A DNA stretch of 64,000 nucleotides, taken from an uncultured Allorhizobium sp. GTDB lineage: Bacteria; Pseudomonadota; Alphaproteobacteria; Rhizobiales; Rhizobiaceae. This document shows, one piece after another, positions 21,316 to 33,093 of this stretch. The notes below the pieces were generated by a model, which saw only the letters and a list, made by a program, of their open reading frames with translations, made no database searches and had not been told where the DNA came from. The stretch lies in assembly GCA_958439205.1 (NCBI GenBank), contig OY288189.1, forward strand, positions 511,960 to 575,959, given 5' to 3'. Numbering within the stretch: position 1 is the first letter of the stretch; each line of letters starts with the position of its first letter. The position numbers and the translations under genes were made by a program.

Positions 21316-23253
21316 ATGCGCGACAGTTATCAGGACATCTATGATTCCTGGAAAGCGAACCCCGAGGGCTTTTGGGGTGGCGTGGCGGAGGAGATCCATT
21401 GGTACAAAGCCCCCGATGTTGTCTTCGATCCTTCACAAGGTAGCTACGGCCGCTGGTTTTCCGGTGGTGAGACAAACACGTGCTTCAACTGCATCGACCG
21501 CCACATTGAGACAGGACGCGGGGCGGAGACCGCGGTCATTTATGATAGTCCGATGACCGGGCAGACTGCCCGCTACAGCTACGATGACGTGTTGACCGAG
21601 GTCTCGGCGATAGCCGCCGTGCTGCGCAATCATGGCGTCGGCAAGGGGGATCGCGTCATCATCTACATGCCGATGATCCCGGAAGCCGTCTTCTCCATGC
21701 TCGCCTGCGCGCGCATCGGTGCCGTGCATTCCGTGGTCTTTGGAGGATTTGCGGCGCACGAGCTTGCCACGCGTATCGATGATTCCGGGGCGAAGGTGGT
21801 GATCGGCGCGAGCTGCGGTCTGGAGCCGGGGCGTATCGTTCCCTACAAGCCACTGCTCGATCAGGCGATCGACATGGCCAAGGTCAAACCTGATTTCTGC
21901 CTGATCCTGCAGCGTGACCAATATCATGCGCCGTTGCGCTACGAGCACGGCGATGTGGATCTCGCCCAGGCGATCGAGCAGGAAAAAGTCAACGGGACCA
22001 AAGTCGATTGCGTGCCGGTGGCGGCAACCGATCCGCTCTATATCCTCTACACATCCGGGACGACGGGCCAACCCAAGGGCGTCGTGCGCGACAATGGCGG
22101 ACATATGGTCGCGCTGAACTGGACCATGAAGAACGTCTATGGCGTCAAGCCAGGGGAGGTCTTCTGGGCGGCATCCGACATCGGTTGGGTCGTCGGGCAT
22201 TCCTATATCGTCTATGGTCCGCTGCTGGCCGGCAACGCGACAGTCATCTTCGAAGGCAAGCCCGTGGGGACGCCGGACGCTGGCACCTTCTGGCGCGTGG
22301 TGAGCGATCATGATGTCAAAGTCCTGTTCACCGCGCCGACTGCATTCCGTGCGATCCGTCGCGACGATCCTGAAGGTGACCATGTCGCCCGTTATGACCT
22401 GTCAGGGCTGCGCGCCCTGTTTCTTGCGGGCGAGCGGGCCGACCCCGAAATCCTGAAATGGGCGGAGCGGATCCTCAAAATCCCTGTGATCGATCACTGG
22501 TGGCAGACGGAGACGGGCTGGGCCATCGCCGCCAATCCGGCGGGTCTTGGACTGCTTCCGGTGAAACACGGATCACCGACCAAGGCTATGCCGGGTTACG
22601 CGCTTGATGTTCTCGATGACGCCGGCCATCCGGTGGCCCCTGGCACGCTCGGCAATATCGTTGCAAAGCTGCCCCTGCCCCCGGGTTGCCTGGTTACCTT
22701 CTGGAATGCCGACGAGCGTTTCCGGACGTCATGCCTCGAAGAATTCCCCGGCTACTACAAGACGGCCGATGCCGGTGTTATCGACGAGGACGGTTACGTC
22801 TTCGTCATGGCCCGCACCGACGATATCATCAACTGCGCCGGCCACCGCCTCTCGACGGGTGGGATGGAAGAGGTCTGCGCGATGCATCCCGATGTGGCCG
22901 AATGCGCTGTCATCGGTATCGCCGACGAGCTCAAGGGCCAGATCCCCTGCGGCTTCCTCGTGTTGAAGAAAAATGTCCACCGCGACCATGCCCTTATCTC
23001 CAAGGAAGTCGTTCAGCTGGTGCGGGACGAGATCGGCCCGGTGGCCGCCTTCAAGATGGTGTTGATGGTGGATCGTCTGCCGAAGACGCGTTCAGGCAAG
23101 ATCCTGCGTGGCACCATGCAGAAGATCGCCGATGGACTGCCCTGGAAGATGCCGGCGACCATCGACGATCCTGCGATCCTGGACGAGATTACAGCCGTCC
23201 TGCAGGCGCATGGTCAGGTTCCTGGCGTCGCGAAGACAGCTGCGATCGTGTGA
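21316..23253 (+). CDS. prpE: Propionyl-CoA synthetase (PrpE-like acyl-CoA synthetase)
   Basis: [41 protein letters not shown]; RDNGGH distinguishes it from Acs. Confidence 0.85.
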   Translation: MRDSYQDIYDSWKANPEGFWGGVAEEIHWYKAPDVVFDPSQGSYGRWFSGGETNTCFNCIDRHIETGRGAETAVIYDSPMTGQTARYSYDDVLTEVSAIAAVLRNHGVGKGDRVIIYMPMIPEAVFSMLACARIGAVHSVVFGGFAAHELATRIDDSGAKVVIGASCGLEPGRIVPYKPLLDQAIDMAKVKPDFCLILQRDQYHAPLRYEHGDVDLAQAIEQEKVNGTKVDCVPVAATDPLYILYTSGTTGQPKGVVRDNGGHMVALNWTMKNVYGVKPGEVFWAASDIGWVVGHSYIVYGPLLAGNATVIFEGKPVGTPDAGTFWRVVSDHDVKVLFTAPTAFRAIRRDDPEGDHVARYDLSGLRALFLAGERADPEILKWAERILKIPVIDHWWQTETGWAIAANPAGLGLLPVKHGSPTKAMPGYALDVLDDAGHPVAPGTLGNIVAKLPLPPGCLVTFWNADERFRTSCLEEFPGYYKTADAGVIDEDGYVFVMARTDDIINCAGHRLSTGGMEEVCAMHPDVAECAVIGIADELKGQIPCGFLVLKKNVHRDHALISKEVVQLVRDEIGPVAAFKMVLMVDRLPKTRSGKILRGTMQKIADGLPWKMPATIDDPAILDEITAVLQAHGQVPGVAKTAAIV

Positions 23254-23270
23254 CCTGAATTCAAGGCAAT

Positions 23271-23301
23271 AAAAAACCCCGGCTGCCATGGGCGGCCGGG
23301 G
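23271..23301 (-). terminator. Intrinsic terminator of the DUF1013 gene
   Basis: CCCCGGC-TGCC-ATG-GGCG-GCCGGGG stem with an A6 tract on the left, i.e. U6 on the minus strand. Confidence 0.75.
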
Positions 23302-23323
23302 CTGAATTCGTCGATCAGGCAGC

Positions 23324-24025
23324 TCAGTACTGATCGTCTTCGTCGTCGTTGCGACGGTCGGACTTCAGCGACTGGAGCTTGGCGAAGACGGCGTTTGCGT
23401 CAATTTCCTTCTCTTCCTCGCGCTCATAGCTGAAACCGACATTCTCGGTTTCGCTAGCAGACTGCAAGGTCGCGCCGAGTTCGGCAGCGGTCGGCAGCGG
23501 ACGACCCTTGGAGGCCTTTTCGACTTCCAGGTCTAGGTCGATCTGGCTGCAGAGGCCCAGCGTTACGGGATCCATCGGTGTCAGGTTGGCAGAGTTCCAG
23601 TGGGTGCGGTCACGGATCTGCTCGATCGTCGACTTGGTGGTGCCGACGAGACGGGAAATCTGGGCGTCCTTCAGTTCAGCATGGTTGCGAACCAGCCAGA
23701 GAATGGCGTTCGGGCGATCCTGACGCTTCGAGACCGGCGTGTAACGCGGGCCACGACGCTTGGAGTCCGGCACGCGAACCTTCGGCTCCGAAATCTTCAG
23801 CTTGTAGTTCACATCCTTTTCAGCGCGGGCGATCTCATCGCGCGAAAGCTGGCCGGTTGCGATCGGGTCCAGACCCTTGATGCCCTGGGCTGCTTCGCCG
23901 TCCGCAATAGCCTTCACCTCGAGCGGGTGCAGCTTGCAGAACTGCGCGATCTGGTCGAATGACAGCGCGGTATTGTCGACGAGCCAAACGGCGGTCGCCT
24001 TCGGCATGAGCAGTGTCTGGGCCAT
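23324..24025 (-). CDS. trcR: DUF1013 protein (TrcR-like, RNAP-associated cell-cycle regulator in Caulobacter)
   Basis: LLMPKATAVWLVDNTALSFDQIAQFCKLHPLEV, RQDRPNAILWL, HWNSANL are typical DUF1013; the name is transferred from Caulobacter by family membership. Confidence 0.85.
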   Translation of the reverse strand: MAQTLLMPKATAVWLVDNTALSFDQIAQFCKLHPLEVKAIADGEAAQGIKGLDPIATGQLSRDEIARAEKDVNYKLKISEPKVRVPDSKRRGPRYTPVSKRQDRPNAILWLVRNHAELKDAQISRLVGTTKSTIEQIRDRTHWNSANLTPMDPVTLGLCSQIDLDLEVEKASKGRPLPTAAELGATLQSASETENVGFSYEREEEKEIDANAVFAKLQSLKSDRRNDDEDDQY

Positions 24026-24258
24026 GGATACAATCCTTCTGAGGGTCCGCGCCGGTTGTCGCGGGCCGTGGGTTTAAACCACTATTTCCGGGAATTCGGC
24101 GTCCTTATAGCGATTATGTAACGAAATTGCAATTCGCGAAGTCGCGAATGACCTTTGTCTAATTGCTGGCCATGTTGCACCTGCTATGTATGTCGGCGAT
24201 AGGCCGGGGAGGACGGTCCTGGTCGCCAGTTGTGGCCCGTCAACATGAGGAGGAATTC

Positions 24259-26211
<1,953 letters not shown>

Positions 26212-26231
26212 TCATTCTCCGGAGAAAATGA

Positions 26232-26264
26232 AGAAAGGGGCTTCCGCAAGGGAGCCCCTTTTCT
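26232..26264. terminator. Bidirectional intrinsic terminator after acs
   Basis: AGAAAGGGGCTTCC-GCAA-GGGAGCCCCTTTTCT, GNRA loop. Confidence 0.88.
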
Positions 26265-26266
26265 GT

Positions 26267-26695
26267 TCAGTCATTCGGGCAGGGACGTTTGCTCTTCGAT
26301 CGTCCCTGATAGGGCTCGACGAGACCGGCTTCGAGAAGATGTTGTGCCGGGCGCATTCCATCCTGAAGCGCGAGATCAGCGACCACGCGGCCGAAATATT
26401 TGTCGCCCGAGATTGCGGTGAGCGACACAATGTCTTGCCCGACCATAAGGTCGGTCAGTTCTTCCTTGGCGCGCAGGGCCGCTTTTCTGAATGTCGGGCA
26501 TTTTGATTTCAGTTCGGGTGCGTCGATGCCGCGAAGCCTCACATAGGTGCTCACCTTGTTATCCGGCCAGGGCATGGCCTCAACCAGCACCGTATCGCCG
26601 TCCACGACCTTAACGAGATGCGCCAGAACCGGCCCGTCGATCTGTCGGCTGGCTGCCTTTCCCGGCGCTGCAACCGTCGAGACAAGGAAAATCAT
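26267..26695 (-). CDS. Thermonuclease (SNase-like) family protein
   Basis: VVDGDT, VRLRGIDAPE, DKYFGRVVA motifs; hydrophobic N-terminus. Start probably 26695 (the track starts at 26722). Confidence 0.88.
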   Translation of the reverse strand: MIFLVSTVAAPGKAASRQIDGPVLAHLVKVVDGDTVLVEAMPWPDNKVSTYVRLRGIDAPELKSKCPTFRKAALRAKEELTDLMVGQDIVSLTAISGDKYFGRVVADLALQDGMRPAQHLLEAGLVEPYQGRSKSKRPCPND

Positions 26696-26716
26696 CACAT
26701 GAGTGAGCGCTGACCG

Positions 26717-26731
26717 GAACATAATAGGAAC
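26717..26731 (-). promoter_or_regulatory. Alphaproteobacterial LexA (SOS) box
   Basis: GAAC-ATAATAG-GAAC (GTTC-N7-GTTC on the gene strand), overlapping the -10 of TTGATT-N17-TATGTT (26757-26729). Confidence 0.8.
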
Positions 26732-26771
26732 ATATTCCGATCACTCTCCCAAATCAATAGGCAACTATTCC

Positions 26772-26981
26772 TCAGAAGTCGATGGCACGACCCTTGATCT
26801 CCCAGTCGCCAAATCGGGCGGGATCGGCACCTCCGCGCCCGCCGATCTCAGGCGGCATCTCCGCGGCAGCCTCCTTGCGGCGTCGCTCCTCCGCTTCGGC
26901 GAGTGCCCGCTTCGCAGCCGGGCTCAACTCACGTGGCTGTTCTTCCACGCTGACATCGGCTTCACGATCTTCTGACATCAC
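26772..26981 (-). CDS. DUF1674 small protein
   Basis: C-terminal EIGGRGGADPARFGDWEIKGRAIDF signature. Confidence 0.88.
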   Translation of the reverse strand: MMSEDREADVSVEEQPRELSPAAKRALAEAEERRRKEAAAEMPPEIGGRGGADPARFGDWEIKGRAIDF

Positions 26982-27103
26982 ATCGTCCTTTGCTGAGACG
27001 GCATTTCATGCGCAAACATTGAAATTGGGGTCGCCGCTTTTTAAATCAACAGGCGAAAACGGCAACAGATTTGCCGTGAGTGCTGCTTTTAGAGGACCAC
27101 GCC

Positions 27104-28066
27104 ATGAATACCATGCGGACTGCCATGCTGCTTGCCTTCATGACCGCCCTCTTCATGGGCGTCGGCTTCCTGATCGGTGGCAGGGGCGGCATGATGATCG
27201 CCTTTGTCGTTGCGGCAGGCATGAACTTCTTCTCCTACTGGAATTCCGACAAGATGGTGCTCCGTGCCTACCGGGCGCAGGAGGTCGATGAGCGGACGGC
27301 ACCGGAATTCTACATCATGGTCCGGGATCTGGCCCGCAATGCGGGCCTGCCGATGCCGAAGGTCTACGTCTTCGACAATCCCCAGCCGAACGCCTTTGCA
27401 ACGGGTCGCAATCCGCAGAATGCCGCAGTCGCTGCTTCGACCGGTCTTCTCCAGCGCCTCACACCGGAAGAGGTGGCTGGCGTCATGGCACATGAACTCG
27501 CCCATATTGAGAACCGCGATACGTTGACCATGACGATCACCGCCACCCTCGCCGGTGCCATCTCGATGCTTTCCAACTTCGCCTTCCTGTTTTCCAGCGG
27601 CCGCGATGATCGCAACAATCCTTTCGGTTTCATCGGCGTCATCATCGCCATGATCGTTGCACCGCTTGCGGCCATGCTGGTTCAGATGGCGATCAGCCGG
27701 ACGCGTGAATATGCGGCCGATCGACGTGGGGCAGAGATCTGCGGTCAGCCCCGCTGGCTCGCCTCCGCCCTGCAGAAGATCGCAGGCGATGCGTCGCAAA
27801 TCGAGAACATGGATGCCGAGCGCAATCCCGCGACAGCGCACATGTTCATCATCAATCCCTTGAACGGCCAGCGGATGGACAATCTGTTCTCGACGCACCC
27901 GAACACGCGAAACCGGATCGAAGCGCTTCTGGCGATGACGGATATCCGCTCTGGGGGATCGACGCCGCCGGAGGCCCCTGTTAAGGCAACGCGCACGGCG
28001 CGTTCCGTTCCGACCACCGGTTGGGGGCGCGGCAAAGCCGAACCACCCAAAGGACCATGGTCTTGA
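27104..28066 (+). CDS. htpX: Zinc metalloprotease HtpX
   Basis: [32 protein letters not shown]. Confidence 0.97.
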   Translation: MNTMRTAMLLAFMTALFMGVGFLIGGRGGMMIAFVVAAGMNFFSYWNSDKMVLRAYRAQEVDERTAPEFYIMVRDLARNAGLPMPKVYVFDNPQPNAFATGRNPQNAAVAASTGLLQRLTPEEVAGVMAHELAHIENRDTLTMTITATLAGAISMLSNFAFLFSSGRDDRNNPFGFIGVIIAMIVAPLAAMLVQMAISRTREYAADRRGAEICGQPRWLASALQKIAGDASQIENMDAERNPATAHMFIINPLNGQRMDNLFSTHPNTRNRIEALLAMTDIRSGGSTPPEAPVKATRTARSVPTTGWGRGKAEPPKGPWS

Positions 28067-29445
28067 GCGATCGATCGACGGGCAAACCGAAAAACAATCA
28101 GGCCGGACGCAAGAGCCATGGCGAGCGCGCGCCTCGGCAACCTTTGAAGCCTGGCCTTGAGGCGCGCATCGCTGCCACACGCATTCTGGCAGCGGTTGTC
28201 GACCGGAAGACATCACTCGACGGGATGCTTGATTCCGAGCATGGAAACCCTGCCTATCTGCCGCTGAACGAGGCTGACCGCGGTCTCGTAAAGGCCATTC
28301 TCCAGAGCGCCTTGCGTCATCTGCCGCGGATCGACGCCACCATCGCAGGGATGCTCGACAACCCGCTGCCGGAAGGCGCTCGCTCTCTTCACCATCTGCT
28401 GGTCGTTGCTGCCGCTCAGATGCTTTATCTCGATGTCCCCGATCATTCGGCCGTCGATCTGGCTGTGGAGCAGGCCAATGGTGATCCTCGCAGTCGCCGT
28501 TTCGCCAAGCTGGTAAATGCCATCCTGCGGCGCATCGGACGGGAAAAAGAGGACCTGCTCGCGGCTGTCGACGATCTTCCCTGCATGCCCGACTGGTTCA
28601 TGAAGCGGCTTGAAGCTGTCTATGGTCAGGAGCATGCGCTCGCGATCGCTGCCTCGCAGCTCCAACCGCCGACGATCGACCTTACCGTGAAATCCGATGC
28701 TTCCGGCTGGGCCGAACGGCTGGGCGGTCAGGTTCTGCCGACGGGCAGTGTGCGGCTTGATCGTTTCCGCGGCGCGATTACCACGCTCGAAGGCTTCGAA
28801 GACGGCGTGTGGTGGGTTCAGGATGCTGCTGCTGCCATTCCGGCAAAGTTGTTCGGTGATCTTCACGGGAAGCGCGTGGCGGATCTCTGTGCCGCTCCCG
28901 GCGGCAAAACTGCCCAGCTTGTGCTGGCTGGTGGCGATGTTGTCGCCGTCGAACAGTCCAAGTCGCGGGTCAAGAGGCTCGAAAGCAATCTGGCGCGGCT
29001 CGGTCTGCCGGCTGAGACCCGATGCGTCGATCTTCTGACCATCGGTGCCGACGACAGCTTCGATGCGATCCTGCTCGATGCTCCCTGCTCCTCAACCGGC
29101 ACCACGCGTCGCCATCCCGATGTTCTGTGGACCAAGGATGCCGCAGATATCGCGAAGCTGGCTGCCCTTCAGGAGAAGCTGCTTCGCCACGCGGTCACAC
29201 TCCTGAAGCCGGGTGGCCGCCTTGTATTTTCCAACTGCTCGATCGATCCCTCAGAGGGCGAAGAAATCATCGATCGTCTGCTGGTCGATTTTCCTGATTT
29301 GCGCTTGCTCCCGATCGCTCCAGAAGACTGGCCAGGGCTTGAAGCGGCGATCACGCCGAAGGGCGAGTTTCGGACCACGCCCGCGATGCTTGCCGATCAA
29401 GGTGGCCTCGACGGTTTCTACGCGGCGGTCGTTGCTAAAATTTAA
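28057..29445 (+). CDS. rsmB: RsmB/NOP family RNA m5C methyltransferase with NusB-like N-terminal domain
   Basis: [31 protein letters not shown]; start ATG 28057. Confidence 0.88.
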   Translation: MVLSDRSTGKPKNNQAGRKSHGERAPRQPLKPGLEARIAATRILAAVVDRKTSLDGMLDSEHGNPAYLPLNEADRGLVKAILQSALRHLPRIDATIAGMLDNPLPEGARSLHHLLVVAAAQMLYLDVPDHSAVDLAVEQANGDPRSRRFAKLVNAILRRIGREKEDLLAAVDDLPCMPDWFMKRLEAVYGQEHALAIAASQLQPPTIDLTVKSDASGWAERLGGQVLPTGSVRLDRFRGAITTLEGFEDGVWWVQDAAAAIPAKLFGDLHGKRVADLCAAPGGKTAQLVLAGGDVVAVEQSKSRVKRLESNLARLGLPAETRCVDLLTIGADDSFDAILLDAPCSSTGTTRRHPDVLWTKDAADIAKLAALQEKLLRHAVTLLKPGGRLVFSNCSIDPSEGEEIIDRLLVDFPDLRLLPIAPEDWPGLEAAITPKGEFRTTPAMLADQGGLDGFYAAVVAKI

Positions 29446-29638
29446 CTAATATCTCAATAAACCTGTTGGCAAGTCTGCGTGGACATCGCCGGTCGCTCCG
29501 CATGTCCGCGACATGGCGGTATGACATGAAATTTCGTGCCCCAGAAAATCGGGTTCGGAGGACCCTTGTCCTTCCGGCTCACGATTGTCGGACAACAGGA
29601 AATGGCTGGATCATCAGGATCCGGTTACAGGAACCAGT

Positions 29639-31315
29639 ATGCGAATCAATGATCGCGCTCGACTGATTTCGCTTCACATTGCCGAGGCCTGGCGGCAGAT
29701 GCGGCAGACGGCTGCCGTCTTGACCCCGCCTTTCGTTCTCCTGGGTCGTTTCCGGATCAATCGTGTGGTTGTTGCACCAACCGATCTGAGGGCGGTTGAT
29801 TCCTTCGTCGCTGAAGAAATTCTCAACGGTCGCTATCCGCTTGCCGGTCGGGTTCTCGATGCCGGGCAGCAATCCCCGTTTGAACTGGAGCTGCCGTCAG
29901 TGCAATTCGCACGGCGTCTCCACGGTTTCGGGTGGCTGCGCCATGTTCGTGCCGACAAAAGCAGTGTTGCCTGCAACAATGCCCGCTGGATTACGGATCA
30001 GTGGATTGGCCTTCATGGCAACCGCACCCGCGGTCTGGCCTGGGATAGCGAGGTCGTTTCGCGGCGTATCATCAGCTGGCTATCCCATTCGCCCGTCGTG
30101 CTTCAGGATGCCGATGCCGGGTTTTATCGCCGGTTTACAGCTTCCCTCGGTCAGCAGGTGCGTTTCCTCCAGCGCCGCGTGGATTCACTGCCGGAGGGAT
30201 TACCCCGACTGAAGGCGCGCATCGCGATTGCCATGGCCTCCATTGCCGCGGAAGCTCGTCCAGCCGCTGTACGCCGTGCCGGCCGTTTGCTCGACCGGGA
30301 ACTGGAGCGGCAAGTCTTGCCGGATGGGAGCCACATTTCTCGCAACCCGCAAGCTTCGGTCGATTTGCTCTTCGACCTCCTGCCGTTGCGCCAGAGCTAC
30401 ATCAACCTCGGCCACGACGTGCCGTCCAAGCTGATCCCTGTGATCGACCGGATCTTTCCGGCGGTCCGCTTCTTCCGGCACAGCAGCGGCGACCTTGCCT
30501 TGTTCAATGGGGCCAGTTCTTCGCTTGCGACTGACCTGATGAGTGTCTTGCGCTACGACGAGACATCCGGCCAACCGTTCAAGGCCTTGCCCCACGGCGG
30601 CTTTCATCGATTGTCGGCCGGGGATACGGTGATCCTCGTCGATACCGGAAAGCCGATTTCGGCCAGGCTGTCGACAACAGCTCATGCCGGCTGCCTTTCG
30701 TTCGAGCTGTCTTCCGGGCGCAACCGTTTCATGATCAACAGCGGATCGCCCAGGTTTGCCGGAGAGCGGTTGCGGCAGCTTGCCCGCACCACGGCGGCGC
30801 ACAGCGCCGTCTGCATCGGCGATGTGTCGTCTGCGCGCATCGCGCATTCCTCCCATCTCGGCCCCATCATCGTGGCTGGTCCATCACGCATCGAGGTTGA
30901 TCGCCAGACGGGCCCTGATGCCAGCGATCGTCTCTCCGCCCGTCACGACGGCTATGTCGAACGTTTCGGCGTCTTGCATGAGCGGGAAATCCGCATCAAC
31001 GAGCAGGGCACCAAAATCGCTGGTCGCGATCGTCTTCTCCTGCCTGATGGGTTGCCGACACCGAACCTGCCCAGTGCCGAAGTCGTTGCACGCTTTCACA
31101 TCCATCCATCGATCACCGTCGAGCGTTCCGACGATCGCAAAGTGCGTCTCGTCGCACCCGATGGGGAAAGCTGGTCCTTCTCCATTCCGGTCGGTGAGAT
31201 CTCCGTCGGAGAGGACGTATTCTTTGCCGATGTCTCCGGCATTCGACCCTCACAACAGTTGGAGATCGTCTTCCAAGGGCCGGAAATACGCTGGTTTCTG
31301 GCCCATCACGCCTGA
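29639..31315 (+). CDS. Heparinase II/III-like domain protein
   Basis: LHGFGWLRH, PDGSHISRNP, HAGCLSFE, ARTTAAHS, HDGY, ARFHIHP; conserved rsmB-X-purH position. Confidence 0.85.
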   Translation: MRINDRARLISLHIAEAWRQMRQTAAVLTPPFVLLGRFRINRVVVAPTDLRAVDSFVAEEILNGRYPLAGRVLDAGQQSPFELELPSVQFARRLHGFGWLRHVRADKSSVACNNARWITDQWIGLHGNRTRGLAWDSEVVSRRIISWLSHSPVVLQDADAGFYRRFTASLGQQVRFLQRRVDSLPEGLPRLKARIAIAMASIAAEARPAAVRRAGRLLDRELERQVLPDGSHISRNPQASVDLLFDLLPLRQSYINLGHDVPSKLIPVIDRIFPAVRFFRHSSGDLALFNGASSSLATDLMSVLRYDETSGQPFKALPHGGFHRLSAGDTVILVDTGKPISARLSTTAHAGCLSFELSSGRNRFMINSGSPRFAGERLRQLARTTAAHSAVCIGDVSSARIAHSSHLGPIIVAGPSRIEVDRQTGPDASDRLSARHDGYVERFGVLHEREIRINEQGTKIAGRDRLLLPDGLPTPNLPSAEVVARFHIHPSITVERSDDRKVRLVAPDGESWSFSIPVGEISVGEDVFFADVSGIRPSQQLEIVFQGPEIRWFLAHHA

Positions 31316-31416
31316 TGGCAGTCATCTTGCAGTTTCATCACACATGAAGCTGTGCTAGGCGGCGGCATCGCGCCCGCTGCCGATTGTCCGGGCGCCCGCC
31401 AGCTCGGAGTGAACCC

Positions 31417-33033
31417 ATGGCCGTCGTATCCAAGAAGATCCCCGCCCCTGACCTCGTGCGCGTGCGTACCGCGCTTCTTTCGGTGTCCGACAAGACCGGC
31501 ATCGTCGAATTTGCGCAGGCACTGCACCAGCGCGGTGTTCGCCTGCTGTCGACGGGCGGCACCCACAAGACTTTGGCGCGGGCCGGTCTGCCGGTGATCG
31601 ACGTCTCCGAAATCACGGGTTTCCCGGAGATCATGGATGGGCGCGTGAAGACGCTTCATCCGCTTGTCCACGGTGGCCTTCTTTCGATCCGCGACGACGC
31701 GGAGCATGTCGAGGCCATGAAGGCGCATGGCATTGAAGCGATCGATCTCTCGGTCATCAATCTCTATCCGTTTGAACAGGTCCGTGCGGCGGGTGGCGAC
31801 TATCCGACCACCGTCGAGAACATCGATATCGGCGGCCCCGCGATGATCCGCGCTTCCGCAAAGAACCACGCTTATGTCACCGTCGTCACCGACGCTGCCG
31901 ATTACGCCGAGGTCATTGCAGCGCTTGGCGAAAACGATGGTCAGACGACCTACGCGCTCCGTCAGCGGCTGGCTGCCAAGGCCTATGCCCGCACGGCTGC
32001 CTATGATGCCGCAATTTCGAACTGGTTTGCCGAAGCGCTCGAGATCGATATGCCCTCCTATCGCGTGGTCGGCGGCGTCTTGAAGGAGAAGATGCGCTAC
32101 GGCGAGAATCCGCACCAGAGCGCCGGCTTCTATGTGACCGGCGAGAACCGGCCCGGTGTCGCCACCGCCACCCTGCTCCAGGGCAAGCAGCTTTCCTACA
32201 ATAACATCAACGATACGGACGCTGCCTTCGAACTGGTCGCCGAATTCCCGCCGGAGAATGGCCCGGCCTGCGCGATCATCAAGCACGCAAACCCCTGCGG
32301 CGTTGCCACCGGCTCGAGCCTTGTCGAGGCTTACAAGCGGGCACTCGCTTGCGACAGCACCTCGGCCTTCGGCGGCATCATCGCGCTGAACCAGATCCTC
32401 GATGCTGAGACGGCGCAGGAAATCGTCAAGCTCTTTACCGAAGTCATCATTGCGCCAGAGGTAACCGATGAAGCCAAGGCCATCATCGCGGCCAAGCCGA
32501 ACCTGCGTTTGCTGACGACTGGCGCCCTGCCCGATCCGCGTTCGCATGGCATCATGGCGAAGACCGTCTCCGGCGGCCTGCTCGTCCAGAGCCGTGACAA
32601 TGTCATGGTGGAAGATCTCGACCTGAAGGTCGTGACCAAGCGCGCGCCGACGGCGACCGAACTTGAGGACATGAAGTTCGCCTTCAAGATCGCCAAGCAT
32701 GTGAAGTCCAACGCGGTGATCTATGCAAAGAATGGCCAGACCGCCGGTATCGGCGCTGGCCAGATGAGCCGCGTGGATTCGGCCCGTATTGCCGCTCTGA
32801 AGGCCGAGGATGCCGCCAAGGCACTGGGACTTTCCGAGCCTCTCACCAAGGGTTCGGCGGTCGCTTCGGAGGCTTTCTATCCCTTCGCAGACGGTCTGTT
32901 GGCCGCGATCGCCGCGGGTGCTACGGCTGTCATTCAGCCGGGCGGCTCGATGCGGGATGAAGAGGTTATCGCCGCTGCCGACGAACACGGCGTTGCCATG
33001 GTGTTTACCGGCGTTCGCCACTTCCGCCACTGA
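31417..33033 (+). CDS. purH: Bifunctional AICAR transformylase/IMP cyclohydrolase
   Basis: [57 protein letters not shown]. Confidence 0.99.
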   Translation: MAVVSKKIPAPDLVRVRTALLSVSDKTGIVEFAQALHQRGVRLLSTGGTHKTLARAGLPVIDVSEITGFPEIMDGRVKTLHPLVHGGLLSIRDDAEHVEAMKAHGIEAIDLSVINLYPFEQVRAAGGDYPTTVENIDIGGPAMIRASAKNHAYVTVVTDAADYAEVIAALGENDGQTTYALRQRLAAKAYARTAAYDAAISNWFAEALEIDMPSYRVVGGVLKEKMRYGENPHQSAGFYVTGENRPGVATATLLQGKQLSYNNINDTDAAFELVAEFPPENGPACAIIKHANPCGVATGSSLVEAYKRALACDSTSAFGGIIALNQILDAETAQEIVKLFTEVIIAPEVTDEAKAIIAAKPNLRLLTTGALPDPRSHGIMAKTVSGGLLVQSRDNVMVEDLDLKVVTKRAPTATELEDMKFAFKIAKHVKSNAVIYAKNGQTAGIGAGQMSRVDSARIAALKAEDAAKALGLSEPLTKGSAVASEAFYPFADGLLAAIAAGATAVIQPGGSMRDEEVIAAADEHGVAMVFTGVRHFRH

Positions 33034-33055
33034 CGACGATTGAGGTTAGACAGAG

Positions 33056-33089
33056 AAACGGCCGGTGGATCGATCCGCCGGCCGTTTTT
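33056..33089. terminator. Bidirectional terminator between purH and the MFS gene
   Basis: AAACGGCCGGTGGAT-C-GATCCGCCGGCCGTTTTT. Confidence 0.85.
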
Positions 33090-33093
33090 GTAA

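Noticed and set aside
27018-27046. RpoH-type promoter for htpX (ATTGAA-N16-TTTAAAT)
   Set aside because: It is biologically expected, but the -10 match is too poor to report as a feature.
31316-31416. Possible ZMP/ZTP (pfl) riboswitch upstream of purH
   Set aside because: A GC-rich hairpin is present (GGCGGCGG/CCGCTGCC), but I could not find the GACUGGCG and CGCCUGGGC pseudoknot elements. A cmsearch would be decisive.
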